Shown here: piece after piece, positions 10,700 to 23,965 of the stretch
Numbering within the stretch: position 1 is the stretch's first letter
Layout of the letters: each line of letters begins with the position of its first letter
Assembly (NCBI GenBank): GCA_965649825.1
Contig: OZ287703.1
Span: 801,722-865,721, forward strand
DNA length: 64,000 nucleotides
Direction: 5' to 3'
Origin: Penicillus capitatus
Lineage: Eukaryota > Plantae > Chlorophyta
Position numbers and translations under genes: made by a program
Notes under the pieces: generated by a model
The model's database searches: none
The model's input: only the letters and a program-made list of their open reading frames with translations
What the model was told of the DNA's origin: nothing

Positions 10700-12640
10700 T
10701 ATCAATGACTAGGCAGGGGAGAGGTGAAGGATAGAAACCTCGGATAATTTGGGCAAACCGGTTGCTATGCGTGCTATCAAGTGTTTCTGTGAAGGGTCCT
10801 TGAGTCCGCCTCGAGTCATCTGGCGAGGAGTCGCTCCTGGCGCGCCAACCGTCCCTGTGGCGCCACGCCAGCAGAACATCACTGGAGCGCGCATGACGAG
10901 AGACGTGACGATGTGTGACGATGTGACCCTCCTAATCCGGGGTATTTAAACGGACCTGCGCTATTGCATCTGTCTAGCTATGTAAATAGCATTGCCGACG
11001 GAGTTCCCTGCGCGACTCGCCATCCGGTCCGGACTCGGCCGACAGGTCGACGTTCACAGTTTCCACGAGGAGCCCCAGTGATGCGAACGAAGGGACGTAT
11101 CGGGAGGACCATATAGTCCAGCGTAGCGTACGGAGTCTTGTACTCTCCAAGGAGCGTCTCGTAGAGTGTCTTCGAAATGAAGACATTCAGGTTCTTGCTC
11201 GGAATCCATTCTGAGAGGGGCTGTCCTGAGGGATCGCGTTTCCTGCGATTCAGTCGGTGCGGGGCCGCAAAGCGTGTTTCTTGAAGGTCTGCCGCTGTAA
11301 GATTCCATCGGGATGCATTCTGTGTTGCGATTGCTTCGATGGCTGCTTCCGGGTCAATGTCCGTGTCGACGTCGCTGATGACTACGGGGATCTTGTTTTT
11401 CGTGGGCGAGAGGTACGGATTGTTGACCGTGAAAGTGCCGATACCGTCCAACTCCAGGTCCTATGTGGCTCCGGCGCATTCCAGACAGCGATCAAGCGCT
11501 TTCTCGAATTTCTGGAGAAGTTCTGCCCGGATTTATACGTAGAATCTGCCGCCATGGTCAGATCGGATGTCTTCGACATATTCCTTCAGGTTCGTGATTT
11601 TCAGCGTTCGTTCCAGACTAATGTCAAGCTGGCGGAATGACGGGCGATCTCCCTTCTTCAATGTCACTAGGCAGAACTGGAAGCTACGCTCATCGCATCG
11701 GAGCTGGGCCTTGATCGCTTGTGTTTGCTTGCGAATCTCGCAGGCTTAGGCGATTCGTTACTTTTGGCCGGGGGTTATAGCTGTGGGCGCTTAATAGGGC
11801 GCCGCCTTGCGGGGCATCGCGGGATGAGCGGGTCGTTGAGGCTGGCGATGGACTGGCCTCTGCAGTAGGGTACGGAGGCGGGGCAGTCGGGACGAATGAG
11901 ACTAGGGTTCGGCAAAACCTGATACAGGTTTGCAGCTCGTCAAGGCGATTGGCGGAATGTTGCATGAGCTTTCGGGTTGCTAGTTCGTCAGCCGGGATTG
12001 TTTCTTTGAGGGACTCTAGAGTACTCTGCACATTGACTAAATCCTGGGAAACGTTGTCAGAAGGTAGAGGAAGTCCATGTTTGTTGATAGCGGACGATCT
12101 GTGAGAGACAGGACGACGCTTCAGATTTCGGGTTATAGTACGGGGCCTTCGGGGACCAGCAGTAACGAATCTCGCGCGCTCGTGAAAGTGGACGAGGAGC
12201 TGCTCGCTATCTCGGTGTTCGTGAGCTGACAGGCAGGCTCGGATCTTTTACGCCAGTTGCATTTGGTCACCGGCGGTGGCAACCTAGGAGGGGCACGCCT
12301 TGGGGGCGTTGTCCGCAACCAAGAGTTCGTCCTTGCTCATCGCATCGAGCAACTCGCTTGACCGGCGAAGGTCGCGCCGGTATCGGACCGCGTGTGCGGC
12401 CTGGGCAACCGTCGTGCTCGGTACGGTGCCGGAGCCCCCGGCTGTGAACCGGACGGCTGCATCGTTCTTGTTGTGTGCGTGCGGACACCGATGTTCGGCA
12501 ATGGTTTTTGGCAGGCGGAAGGGTAGTGTCATACAGAGAATTGGTAGGGGCCTATGAAGTCTGCTGAACGCCACCAAGAGAGCAGGGATTGCGTGCGTCT
12601 TACAATACAGAACAACTCGTCGATCGACGCAAGATAGCAA
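10700..12640 (-). mobile_element. Degenerate non-LTR retrotransposon ORF1 (gag-like)
   Basis: Frameshifted frames give KIPVVISDVDTDIDPEAAIEAIATQN...LDYMVLPIRPFV, typical of the LINE ORF1 region before the zinc knuckle; multiple stops. Confidence 0.55.
10788..11058 (+). mobile_element. Solo LTR-like element, family A (271 bp)
   Basis: TGTGA...TCACA ends and 5-bp TSD gtttc (10783-10787, 11059-11063). TATA-like tatttaaa and tgtaa are internal. The 3' part is homologous to 33480-33755. Confidence 0.8.
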
Positions 12641-12686
12641 GGAGCTTGGTCATTATGCTCAGCGCGGCTATCGACGACCGGTCTCC

Positions 12687-12812
12687 GTGGGTGAACGAGT
12701 AGCTCTTAGCCCCTTGTACCCCATCCCTAAGAAAGATGGAAGCTACGGATTCACCGACGACTTCTGTTGGTTGAACGCTTACTTAAAGAAATATAGAATG
12801 ACCCAGATTGAC
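12687..12812 (+). mobile_element. Small Ty3/gypsy- or DIRS-type reverse transcriptase relic
   Basis: SPLYPIPKKDGSYGFTDDFCWLNAYLK resembles the SP.F.VPKKDG..R...D.R.LN motif. Confidence 0.55.
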
Positions 12813-12821
12813 GTTTGGATG

Positions 12822-12986
12822 TGTCGCGTTATCGACGAACGACGCGATTACGACGAAGGCGTATCGTTTAACAAAGACTGTTTTAACGTTTATTTGTTCC
12901 AATTATATACGCGTCAAACGCATACGAACGTCATATTAACGCGTCTCAGTGACAGCTGTACGATGGTGGAGAGCTGTTTACTGATA
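12822..12986 (-). repeat. Diverged copy of the TRIM LTR (family B); a partial copy lies at 13464-13521
   Basis: acgacgaaggcgtatcgtttaacaaagact and gacagctgtacgatggtggagagctgtttactgat are the reverse complement of motifs in the 36360/37230 LTRs. Confidence 0.65.
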
Positions 12987-14812
12987 ATCAGATCTCTGCG
13001 TTTTAAGGTCATTTGCGTTCCTAACATTCGGACTGTGAGAGAACGACATGTCGCATGTGGTGCACGGTTCCCCTCAGCTATCCGGCTTGACCTTATTGCC
13101 GCCGCCGCTAATCCCATCAACACGTCTTGGCCCTCGGCCATTGACACAAGAAAGCGTGTCCTGATAAAGGTGATGGGATGAAATCAGATGTCAGACGGAA
13201 TCGATTACAAGACGAACAAATATACGCCTGACCGTTTCCTTTACATTGTCAAGAACTAGTGCATCGAGTCCATTGGATCTGACATCATACTTAAACCATA
13301 ATGACGACAATAAATAACTAGTATCTGTTCCTTTCCCGCTGCCCGCGTGGACGAACGATGTTCAGCGTCCGACAGAAGAGACGAGATCGTTACGGCAACT
13401 TCTTGCCCGCCGACACCCTTGCCCTGCCTCCGAACCGAAACCCGCCGCCGCATTGCCGACCGTTGTCGTGTTTGTCGCTGAAACGCGCTAACGACGAAGG
13501 CGTATCGTTTAACAAAGACTATTCATAACTAATGTTCTGAATTTATGCATTCATTGCAATGCTTGGGCAAACGTGTTCCCCCAACTCAAAGGACCGTTTT
13601 TTGCGCCGTTCTCCCACAACTCCACCTTCTCGTGGTAAATCCGGCCCCTCAACAGTCGACGCGCGCCTGCATTAGCCCATTCTTTCTTGATCGAACCTTT
13701 TCGTGATTCGCCTTCGCCGTTTTACCTGTAACGCATGCAAATCGTGTGAAAGGCCCATGTTACATAAAATGGGGGGGTAGTGAGTCTAGAACGCTCTCTA
13801 GTCTTTAAGATCGTTTTGCCCACTTGCGTTTGAACGCCACGAACACGAGCCGCCCGTTATAGCATCATGCTCGTCGATTTTCGGTGGTTTGGATGAGTTG
13901 AAATTGAGAACATTCTAGATGTCCGGTGTTTTGTGATGGACTTGAAGGGAAAAGAAGTGAAATAAAGTCACATCAAGCTGCCAGCAGGGCGTCTCATAAC
14001 GTCAGCATGACGCAAACCTCACGTCATGCAGATTGGCATAAAAATCGGGGTTTTATATCGGACATTAGCCTTTTAAGAAACTTTACGACGTTTGCGTTTT
14101 TTTTTTTGCTCGTATCAGTACTAAGAGAGGAAGAGTGTGTATAGGCATAGTTTTCATAAGAACTTTTGAGCAAATTTTCTTAACTTGCATACAAGAGACC
14201 TGGACGATTACGATGATCGAGCGTGGGTGCATATCATATGGAAGTCGCACTTGAGACTTTGGGGTTGTTTACCTACTTACGGGTAGCAGTATGTCCAATA
14301 TTCCAATGCGTACTTTAAGGAATAACTGCAACAGCATACTTCCACAAGCGGTGAGTATATGATAAACAAACGAAGAGAAAACAGTTTGATAGAGAGATTT
14401 TAATTATTATAGATTCGCATTTGTTAATGCCAGATTAAGTTTGGATGAATGATACCTTGGACTTTTCCAAACCGAAGATGGTTTTAGTTAGTAACACGGT
14501 TTCCATATTGAATTCTCTTGCATATCTGGAGCACTTTCGTTGCAGACGCAATTAAATGCTGCCTTAAATTGTCCATCTTGTTCGAATACATCAAGATCAT
14601 GACACGACAGTCCAAACAAACCATTCACTTCGACAGAATTCACAAAGTACGAGACAATAATAACATGTGTTTACGGTTTATTAACAAAGTAGGATAGAGA
14701 GAATCAATGACTTAATGCTTCCGTGACGGAGATTTTAAATGGCAAATCCAAAAAGAAAAAACAGAATCATATCCACGGTCAACTTCCGCACATGGATATA
14801 CGAGGTTGTGCT

Positions 14813-17800
14813 TTAATCGACGTACTCTTTTATTTCAAGATCATGACGCAATCCGGGAAATTTATCATCGAACTCCCGTTGCAAATAATCGAGATACAAG
14901 TCAACATCTTCTTTCTTCCATCTTCCGACTTCTTGCGAAGATACAGTATGGAAGACAAGGCGAATCATTTCATCACTTCCAGCGGGATCGAGTGTGAATG
15001 GGTTTTGAACGAAACACAACGAAAAGCCACTTATGTACATTGGGAGAAATGAGATTGCCAGCGAAATCGTTTCTTCAGGCTTTATGCTTTTCAATGCGTT
15101 TCTAGCACGGTCGCGCACGGGCCAATAATCGTCGACGCACTTCATCGCCAACGTCAACGGAAGGCCACTAGAGTGCTGTGGAGACGCCTCAAGGATGCAA
15201 CAAATGGCCTCCACCGCGACAAGCCGCACGTCAACGTATTTAGCATCGCATTTGTCCAACAACATCGACTTAACTTTACTAAAGTGCTGCGGCGCCGCCA
15301 CGACGACGCGACAGATGGCTTCAGTCAGTGTTTTACGCACGTGCGCGTATATGTCGTCGTGCCACCTTGCCAGCGTCGTCAGATGCTCGCCAGCGTGATG
15401 CGGCGCCGCCGCGACGACGCGACCGATGGCTTCAATCGTATCCCGGCGTACGTTCCAGTTTTCATCGCTGCATCCTTTCGTCAGCGTCGGCAGAACCTCG
15501 TCAGCATGCTGTGGAGCTGCCGCGACAATGCGACCAATGGCTTTTGTCGCCGCTAGACGCACTTCCGAGTCATCGTCACACTTTTTCACCAACATCGGTA
15601 GAAACTCGCCGGCGTGCTGCGGAGCTGCCGCGACAATGCGACCAATGGCTTTTGTCGCCGCCAGACGCACGGCCGAGTCATCGTCACCGAACCAACTCGC
15701 AAGCGTCCGGAGAACCTCGTTAGCGTGCTGCGGCGCCGCTGCGGCGACATCAGCGATTGCCTCAATAGCAGCTCGACACGCTGACCTTCGATTGTCGTCA
15801 TGCCAACTCTCTAGCGTCAACTGAATGTCACTGGCGTTCTGCGGCGCCTCCGCGACGACACGGACGATGGCCTCCTTCGCCACTCGACATACAACCGTGT
15901 TTTGGTCGCCACATCTTATTGCCAGCGTCGGCAGACACTCGCCAGCGTGATGCGGCGCCGCCGCGACGACGTGACCGATGGTCCTTATCGCCGCCCGGCG
16001 TATGTCGCAATTTTTTTCACTGCACCTCTTCGCAAGCGCCGGAATAACTTCGCCGGCATGCTGCGGAGCTGCCGCAACGATGCGTTCAATGGATTCAATC
16101 GCCGCCAGACGCACATCCAAGTCATCGTCTACGCAACCCATCGCAAGCGCTGGAATAACCTCGCCGGCGTGCTGTGGAGCTGCCGTAACGATGCGTCCAA
16201 TGGCTCTAATCGCTATTGAACGCATATCTGTGTTTTCGTCGACACATCCCTCTGTGAGCATCGGTAGAACCTCGCCTACATGTTGCGGCGCTTCTGCGAC
16301 GACGTTGGCGATGGCTCCAATTGCCGCCTGACAGATGTACAAGTTTTCGTCGACGCACTCTTTCGTTAGCTTCTGCAGAACCTCGTCAGCGTGCTGCGGA
16401 TCTGCAGCGACGATGCGTCCAATGGCTTCAATCGCCGCCAGACGCACATCCAAGTCATCGACGCAACCCTCCGCAAGCGTCGGTAGAACCTCGCCGGCGT
16501 GCTGCGGAGCTGCCGCGACAATGCGACCAATGGCTTTTGTCGCCGCTTGACGCACTTCCGAGTCATCGTCACACTTTTTCACCAACATCGGTAGAAACTC
16601 GCCGGCGTGCCGCGGAGCTGCCGCGACAATGCGACCAATGGCTTTTGTCGCCGCCAGACGCACGGCCGAGTCATCGTCACCGAACCAACTCGCAAGCGTC
16701 GGTAGAACCTCGCCGGCGTGCTGCGGTGTTTCTGCGACGACGTTGGTGATTGCTCCAATCGCCGCCTGACGAATGTGTAAGTTTTTGTCGACGCAACCCT
16801 TCGCAAGCGTCGGAAAAACTTCGCTGGCGTACTTCGGCGTTGCCACGACGACGCGGTCGATGGCTTCTATCGCCGCCAGACGCACGGTCGAGTCATCGTC
16901 ACCGAACCAATTCGCAAGCGTCCGGAGAACCTCGTTAGCGTGCTGCGGCGCCGCTGCGGCGACATCAGCGATTGCCTCTATAGCAGCTCGACACGCTGAC
17001 CTTCGATTGTCGTCATGCCAACTCTCTAGCGTCAACTGAATGTCACTGGCGTTCTGCGGCGCCTCCGCGACGACACGGACGATGGCCTCCTTCGCCACTC
17101 GACATACAACCGTGTTTTGCTCGCCGCACATTGTTGCCAGCGTCGGCAGATGCTCGCCAGCGTGATGCGGTGCCGCCGCGACGACGCGACCGATGGCTTC
17201 AATCGTATCCCGGCGTACGTTCCAGTTTTCATCGCTGCATCCCTTCGTCAGCGTCGGCAGAACCTCGTCAGCATGCTGCGGAGCTGCCGCGACAATGCGA
17301 CCAATGGCTTTTGTCGCCGCTAGACGCACTTCCGATTTCTTGTCGCCGCGCCACTTTGTCAGCGTCGACAAAATCTCGCCAGCGTGCTGCGGCACGTGTG
17401 TTGCGATAGATTCGAACCTCTTTATGCGCTCCTCTGGCTTGCACCAACCGTCGACTTGATTGGTTAACTTTGAGACAAATTGGGCCATTTCATGAATGTG
17501 CTTGGGAGAGTGCCTTTCGAGCTTGAAGAAATCGGTAGTTTTGGCCATCTCCATCCATTTTAAGTCGTCCTTCTGTGCTAGCAATTTCTTCACTTCGTCG
17601 ATGGTCTCATTGAGAACTCGGGGAAATGCCTCCAAAACGCAAGACAAATGTTGGAATTCTTTTATCACGATTTCACGAATTAGAACATCGTTGACAGTAC
17701 GCCCGAGGAGTTGGCAAGCGGCGTTAACGAGTTCGGTTGCTTGTTTGTCGTTCAAAAGATTCTCCAAAACGTCTTTATCTGTCTCTTCTATGGTTGCCTC

Positions 17801-20781
17801 GAGAACTCGCAGCCTTAAGAAAAAGTGTTGCACTCCAAGAACTTCAACTGGTTGCTCATCAATAATCGAGAGCATTTCTTGCAATGCGTCTTTTCCATGG
17901 CCATTTGCAAATGCGTGCATGGCGAAGTACATTGTCAAGTCATGCTTCTGATTGTATTTTCCTTCTTGAATGAAAGTTAGTACTCGTCTTTCATCTTCCG
18001 ATCCTTTGTTTTTTAGGCTATTGGCGATAAATCTTCCCGCAAAGTACTCTTGAAACGTAAGGTGAGGAAACTGATATTGTTTTCCCTCCAAGACAAGTAG
18101 GAGAAATCCAGTTTCTTTAAAGATCTTCGTTGTATTTGTGGATGTTGCACAAACTTCAACGATTCGTTCTTCGATGAGTATTTGTCCATTCCGAATTGCC
18201 TTGAAAGCGATTTCTTCTAAATCTCTGAAAACGACGTTCTTGTCCGCTTCTTTCGCTTCGGGCTTTTCTTTGAATCTCTTCCACACGTAATTTGTCATGT
18301 TCTTGTAGATCCGAAACATGCTCGCCCTATTTCCTCTATATTCAATAGAGGTGCCGTGTTCTTTCGACAAAGAACAGAGAATGTGCGCCGTCACCGGAGT
18401 GTGTGCGGTGTCCCACATACCCTGATCTTGTTGCAACGAACGGATGAGGCTCGAAGCTTCATTTTGTTGCAGTTCTTTGTTTATGTAGTTCTTGAGCTGT
18501 TGGTCATTGAATCCAAGACACTCGAACTTATTGTCGACTCTTTTCTCTATCCCTTGAAGATTGTATGGTCGCGTGAGCACCAGAAGTTTGCATTCACCCT
18601 TCTCCACCCCGGAAAGGAGATCTCTGGCATCGTCATCGGCTTCGTCTAATCCGTCAAACACTAGCAATGTGCTAAACGTATCGAGATCATCTTTTATTTG
18701 AGTCTTCAACTCCTCAAATTCGTCATCGCTTCCTTTTTGCTTGAAACACATCTGCGCGATCACTTCTTCAAGCGCTTGTCCTCTTGTCCCTTTAGTTTTT
18801 GCAACGTTTAAACCTCTTATCGGAACCACGTAAATGGCTTCGAGCTCTTGCAGCATCTCTCCCATTGCCCATTTGTGTGCAATGGCTTTGCTCAAGCAAG
18901 TCTTCCCCGAACCAGGATTTCCATAGAGAAGTACTTTTCGGATTTCGCTTTTGCCGACGCCAGCTTCCAACGATCTCGGTTTAAACAAGTCTTCGATCGA
19001 AATGGGTATTGTGACCCTTCTCTTTCGTTCACAATATTCTTCCGGATCGTCCCTTTCCTGGGCCGAAGAACTTTCCCCTTCCGTTTCTTCTTCTTCGTCT
19101 TTGCGTTGTACTCCTCTGTTGTCAACTTCCCTTTTCTCGACGATCTCTTCGTACACGACAACGTGGTGCTCCATATCTTTCACGTGTCTACGGACTTCTG
19201 ATTCAAACAAAGAAGGCACCTGTAACATGAATACGAGTAAAGTTCGATTGAAACGGTATCACAGGTAATCACCGTAGCAAAGTTGTCGTGGAGGTACATT
19301 TCCTTGAGGTCTTCGATGTTAGAACAAATAGTGTACGGATGCAGATATCCAACAGTTGCCCCTGTTTTGATGAATACATCATCTCGATCTTTATTCGTAT
19401 CTCCGTGGCGTCGCATCTGAAGCTTTTCTTCAATGGTATTGTCATTCAACCACGTTGTTAACGTCCCTCTGGCACCTTCATCGCATGATTGTTCTATCTT
19501 TTCGAGAACTTCAGCTATTTCTTCGTTTTGTTCCCCCACTGAGTGCATTATGTGCAAAGAGTCTAAAATCTCGGTAAGGATGTCTCCATCGTGAATCCAG
19601 TTTTCCGAGATCGCTTGATTTGTTGCCAATTCAACTAGCTTCGTCGTCGCTTCTTTGCGGCTATGTTTACTGGAGCTCTTGTCGCTTGCCAACAAGCGCA
19701 TTTCTTGAACGATGCCAAACCTCAAGGCTTTTTGGTGATTTTCTCTCGTCGTCTTATGTTGCCCTTCCATCGCCGTGTCGTAAGCTAGTGCAAGAAGTTT
19801 GCACTTTTTATCTTCTTTAAGCGCGCCAAACCTTGCCGCCGTTAGAATCTGAAGTATGTCATACCACTCTTGCTCCGATACTCCCACTCTGGCAATTGCT
19901 GCTCGACCCTTTCTGTATGCGTCCTCGATTGATGTGGGATCGATATCTCCGCCGGCCAATCTTCTGAGAAGGTTGATGACATGCATTCCGCCGTAAAGCC
20001 CAGATGCGGTATATCTTGCCGCTCTTGTTAAGCGAGATGGCTCGTCTTCGATTTCTAAGCGCTCGACGGCTTGCTGAAGAAGCTCGAAGTGAAAGAAAAC
20101 AGGGTAATGCAGAACGGATAGCTTCATCGCCTCTCTCTTTTTTGCGATTGTTTGGCGAAGCAGTTTTTTCTCTTCCTCGAGCGTATAACCACGACCGATG
20201 ATTTGCAAAAGGAAAAAGACCTGATGGATGCAGAGGAACGTTATTTCGTATTTTGTAAAGTTATGCTTGGTTAGCCTGAGTTCCGAAGACAGACTGGATA
20301 GTAGCTTCGTAGCAAGGACAAGCAATTGTGCTGGGTCATATACGGTCGCATCCACCCAGGTGAGTGTGGTGTACAGAGCCTTTGCGACGTTCGTGTCGAG
20401 AAATTCGTCAGGACGGATCAGAGAACCGATGTCATACACCAGTTTTCTCAGAACTTCGGCATCTTGTTCGGAGACGTAGGCAATCTTTGCCAGTTCTGCG
20501 TAGTCCAGGACGGCTGTTGGTCTGAGGAAGTCTTCCTTTGCTTCGCCGTATTTGAACAGCCAGTCGAGGAGAACGGTTCGCTCATTCGCATCCGTCGTGG
20601 CGTTGTACGCCGCGACAAGCGACTTTGTGCTAACGATGTCATACTTCTTCGCGACAGCGCGCAGAAGCTTTGCCGCATTTCTTCGTTGAACGTTGGAATC
20701 TGGTTGGCGGGATGTTCCACCACTTTCCGACGCGGACGGTCCTCCGGCGGACGATTCGTCGCCCAGAGCTTGAGTTTGCAT
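14813..20781 (-). CDS. NLR-like STAND protein 1: ~500-aa helical N-domain, NACHT, ~21 HEAT-like repeats (~1971 aa, one 53-bp intron at 19220-19272)
   Basis: Walker A LLYGNPGSGKT, Walker B LLVFDGLDE, FPHLTFQEYFAG, then 36-37-aa repeats. The phase-0 GT-AG intron joins HDNFAT to VPSLFE. Confidence 0.9.
15085..17395 (-). repeat. Coding tandem array of ~21 HEAT-like units (108-111 bp)
   Basis: Consensus AGEVLPTLA.gCvDd.s.VR.AAi.AIgRiVAAAPQH, with near-identical multi-unit tracts. Confidence 0.92.
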
Positions 20782-21819
20782 GTTCGGTAACCTACACACG
20801 AAGCACTATAACGTCCAGTCGGAAAGTATTAGCGCAGCAAACCTGTTGCTTCAAAGCTGTCGGCGGAAAGTTCACAGAAGAATTCGCAATGGATACGCTA
20901 AATCGGATGAACTGATATTCGTCTAAACCGTAATGATAACGCTGCAGATTCGCGGACATCGCCGAAAAGTTTCGAACCTGGTTTCCGTCTGGCCGATTCC
21001 GGGACGGCTCCATAGAGTTTTTTGCAGAGTTCTTCTTTGTTTTCGGTGTTTCCACCCGTGTACGTGGAGCATAACGTGTTTCTTCGCGTTGCCTAGACCA
21101 CGCAGAAACGTTCGCATAGACGATTCGCAGTGGGAGCAACCTGACATTTGTTATCAAGGTCTTCTGTGGATTGAACATGACCGTCGTTCTTCTGTCATGG
21201 GTCATTTGACTGCGGCTATGACGGTTGGAGCGGAAGACTGTCAGGTGCCTGCTAAATAACAACTTTGACGTGTTTCAGTTGACGGATCGGGAAACTTTTA
21301 GAAATAGAGTCTCCGATCAAAGTATCCGGTTTTGTAGATCAGATTCGCAGTAACATTGTTCCAATACTTAACATTTAAAACAGTAAGAGAATGAATGCAT
21401 CATCCTTCGTAGAGCAGATGGAGAAAAACGGGGGACGGTCGCGTGTCGGATAGCAGTTCGAAATAAATGGTTCGGTGCCTACCAACATCGCGGTCCCGGA
21501 AGATGTTTTTGTTCGTCAAGGTTACCAGTGTGATAACGTACAATCTTCAGGTTTTATGATTCTTTGCCATTGCAGATGTCGGATGAATCGATCCTTTTAA
21601 CAATACAACAAGTGATCCCCATGACAACACGACAGGTTATGATTTTATGAAAGAGGGAAAATCTACGCATGAGCTGGCTGCAATTACAGTGAAATGAAAG
21701 CTTGTCGAATTTCGAGGCGGATAAAAAGCATGGAAATCTAAATAATCCATCGTTCACTGTGATAGTATTTATCTGTGCAGATTGAGTTGTAGGAAATAAA
21801 CTGCTCCTCTTGAGCAATG

Positions 21820-23033
21820 CAGATCCAGGTGAGGTCGCAGGTCGTGCACGTGATGTTGGATGACTATGGTGTGTAGAAAAGGAGAGGCAGGTTCGAGAGC
21901 TGCAGTCCTGTGTGGAAGCGCAACAGCAGACGATGTCAGCGCTGAGGGAGGAACTGGAATCGCTGAGAGAAAAGCACGCGGTCTTTGTCTCTGACGCCTC
22001 CACTGCTGCCGATTCGCTCAGAGCCACACTGAGAGAGAAAGATGCTCTCGTGCATTCTTTGGAGGAAGAATTGAACAAGCGCCCAACGGCAGAGACGATG
22101 GAGGCATTGGAAGCACAGCTCAGGATCTTCCAGACGGTGGAGTACAATGCCGACGTCGACAATGGCGAAAGTGCACCTGCCGCCGATTCCGTCGAGAATC
22201 TGCTGATCAAGAAGAACAAACACCTGGAGCATCAACTCACCCTCGAAAAACTGAAACAGGTGGCCGTTCGTTGAGGGACGGCTGGGTTATCATGTGTACG
22301 ATGTGACGTTTAGGAGGATCTGCAGCAGCAGCTGTCGAATCACCAGGCTCTGCTGTCCAGATCGCAGCATCAGCTGGAGGCACAGCGCGACTTGGTGGCA
22401 CGGCTGGAAGAGGATCTGGTCACGGTGCAGAACACCACCACCGCTGCCGTCAAGCCCACCTCCAGCGCGTCCGATCTGGACGAGGTTGCCGCGGAGGGCA
22501 GTGGAGATTCCAGTGTCGTCGCCGTTCTCCGCAATCAGCGGGATCGCTTCCGCAAGCGGACCCAGGAACTCGAGGCAAAGCTCAACGATGCCGAAAAGAG
22601 GAACCGCCAGCTCAAGGCAGAGGCAGAGACGGCGGCGGCGGACAACGTGTCCCTCGTCGAGCGACTGCACTACCTGCAGGGCTACAAGAAAGACAGAGCA
22701 GCGTCCAAGATCGACGTCGAAAGCGGACTGGCCGCCGAGCAGAAGTACAGCAAGGCGTACGAAGACCGCATGAATCCCTTCCAAGAGTTCCGCGGACGGC
22801 AGCGAGAGCGTCGCCGCAAGGAGCTCAACCTGGTCGATCGCACGGTTCTCATCGTCGGCGATCTGGTCTTCGGTTACAAATACGCACGTCTCTTTCTCTG
22901 TCTCTACATCATGATACTGCACGTGCTGGTCATGACGATGCTGGGGTCCATGTCGGATCGACACCATCGGCAGACGGTGGACGGCGTCGAGCAGTTCTGT
23001 CTGGAGCACGGGTTCCTACCGAAGCTGCCCTAG
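21820..23033 (+). pseudogene. CASP: Orphan 3' half of CASP lacking its 5' exons
   Basis: Translations equal those of 7497-7859 and 7977-8618, but the sequence upstream of 21820 is unrelated. Confidence 0.8.
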
Positions 23034-23958
23034 GACGCCGCACGCGGCGCCTTCGTGATGTTCCACCGACGACGTAGAGACACGAGGGACTCCTGCATCA
23101 GAAGCGTGAATGGAGTGAGACGCGTTGATGTGACACTTCGAAGTGATGTTCGTAGTAGATGGACATGAGATCGGTGGCATTGAATCCGGTTCTCACGGCC
23201 CAGGGCAACATCCGTGTAAAGAACCACGCTCTCTGCCGTTCTTTGATCACCAGAGGGGACAGCAGAGCCGCGAAGATGGCGTTTGGCAGTCCCGTCTGCA
23301 CATCGCGCTGTTCTCGCGCCTTGCGTCTTTCGATCGCGCACCTGGATGCCTTCGACAGTCTTGACGGCGACCTCGCCGGACATGTCGGTCGAGCAGCCCA
23401 GAAGAACGTGCCACAGGTCGTGCACCTGACGATAGCTGCACAGCGATGTCGCGCGCCTCGTCTGAAAGAGGGAGAGGACCGCGCGGCGACGTAGGCGATC
23501 TCCGGGTCGTCGATGAATCGCACGGGAGGGCGTTCGTCTGGACGCAAACGTCGCCGGTCCATGAACTCGGCATAGGCAGCGCCAAAGCTCTCGGCCTCCA
23601 TGCCTCGACACCTTTCCAGCGTTGCGCGCTGCAGCATTGCCGAACAGACAGTTGTGGCGGGCAGACATCGGGGAACAGACAGACCGTGATCTGCGGCTTC
23701 TCTTCCAGGATCCGCCGCGCCCTCTGGCTGTTTTGCATGGACGAGTGGATCTGACGGAATGCCGCTTCGCCCAGCGTCTCGTTGCTCGCCGCGACGAGGT
23801 CGGCACGGTAAGGACTAAGCGAAGATCGAACACGTGGCCTCTCCGCTTCGCGTGAGATGGCGATACTTGAGGGCCGAGCCGACGCCGGACCCGACGGCGA
23901 CGAGAACCTTCTGCCACGGCCGAAGGGGACAGTGCGTCAGGTAACGCGATTTCGACAT
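23030..23958 (-). CDS. COQ4: Ubiquinone biosynthesis protein COQ4, copy 2
   Basis: Intact duplicate of 8615-9543. One visible replacement (LGCPT to LGCST); most other exon changes are synonymous. Confidence 0.9.
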
Positions 23959-23965
23959 CCTTTCG

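Noticed and set aside
13520-14810. AT-rich spacer downstream of NLR gene 1
   Set aside because: No ORF, repeat or RNA-gene structure that I could support.
10025-21819. Island as a single TIR transposon or Helitron
   Set aside because: No convincing terminal inverted repeats, short TSD, Helitron ends or transposase/recombinase ORF.
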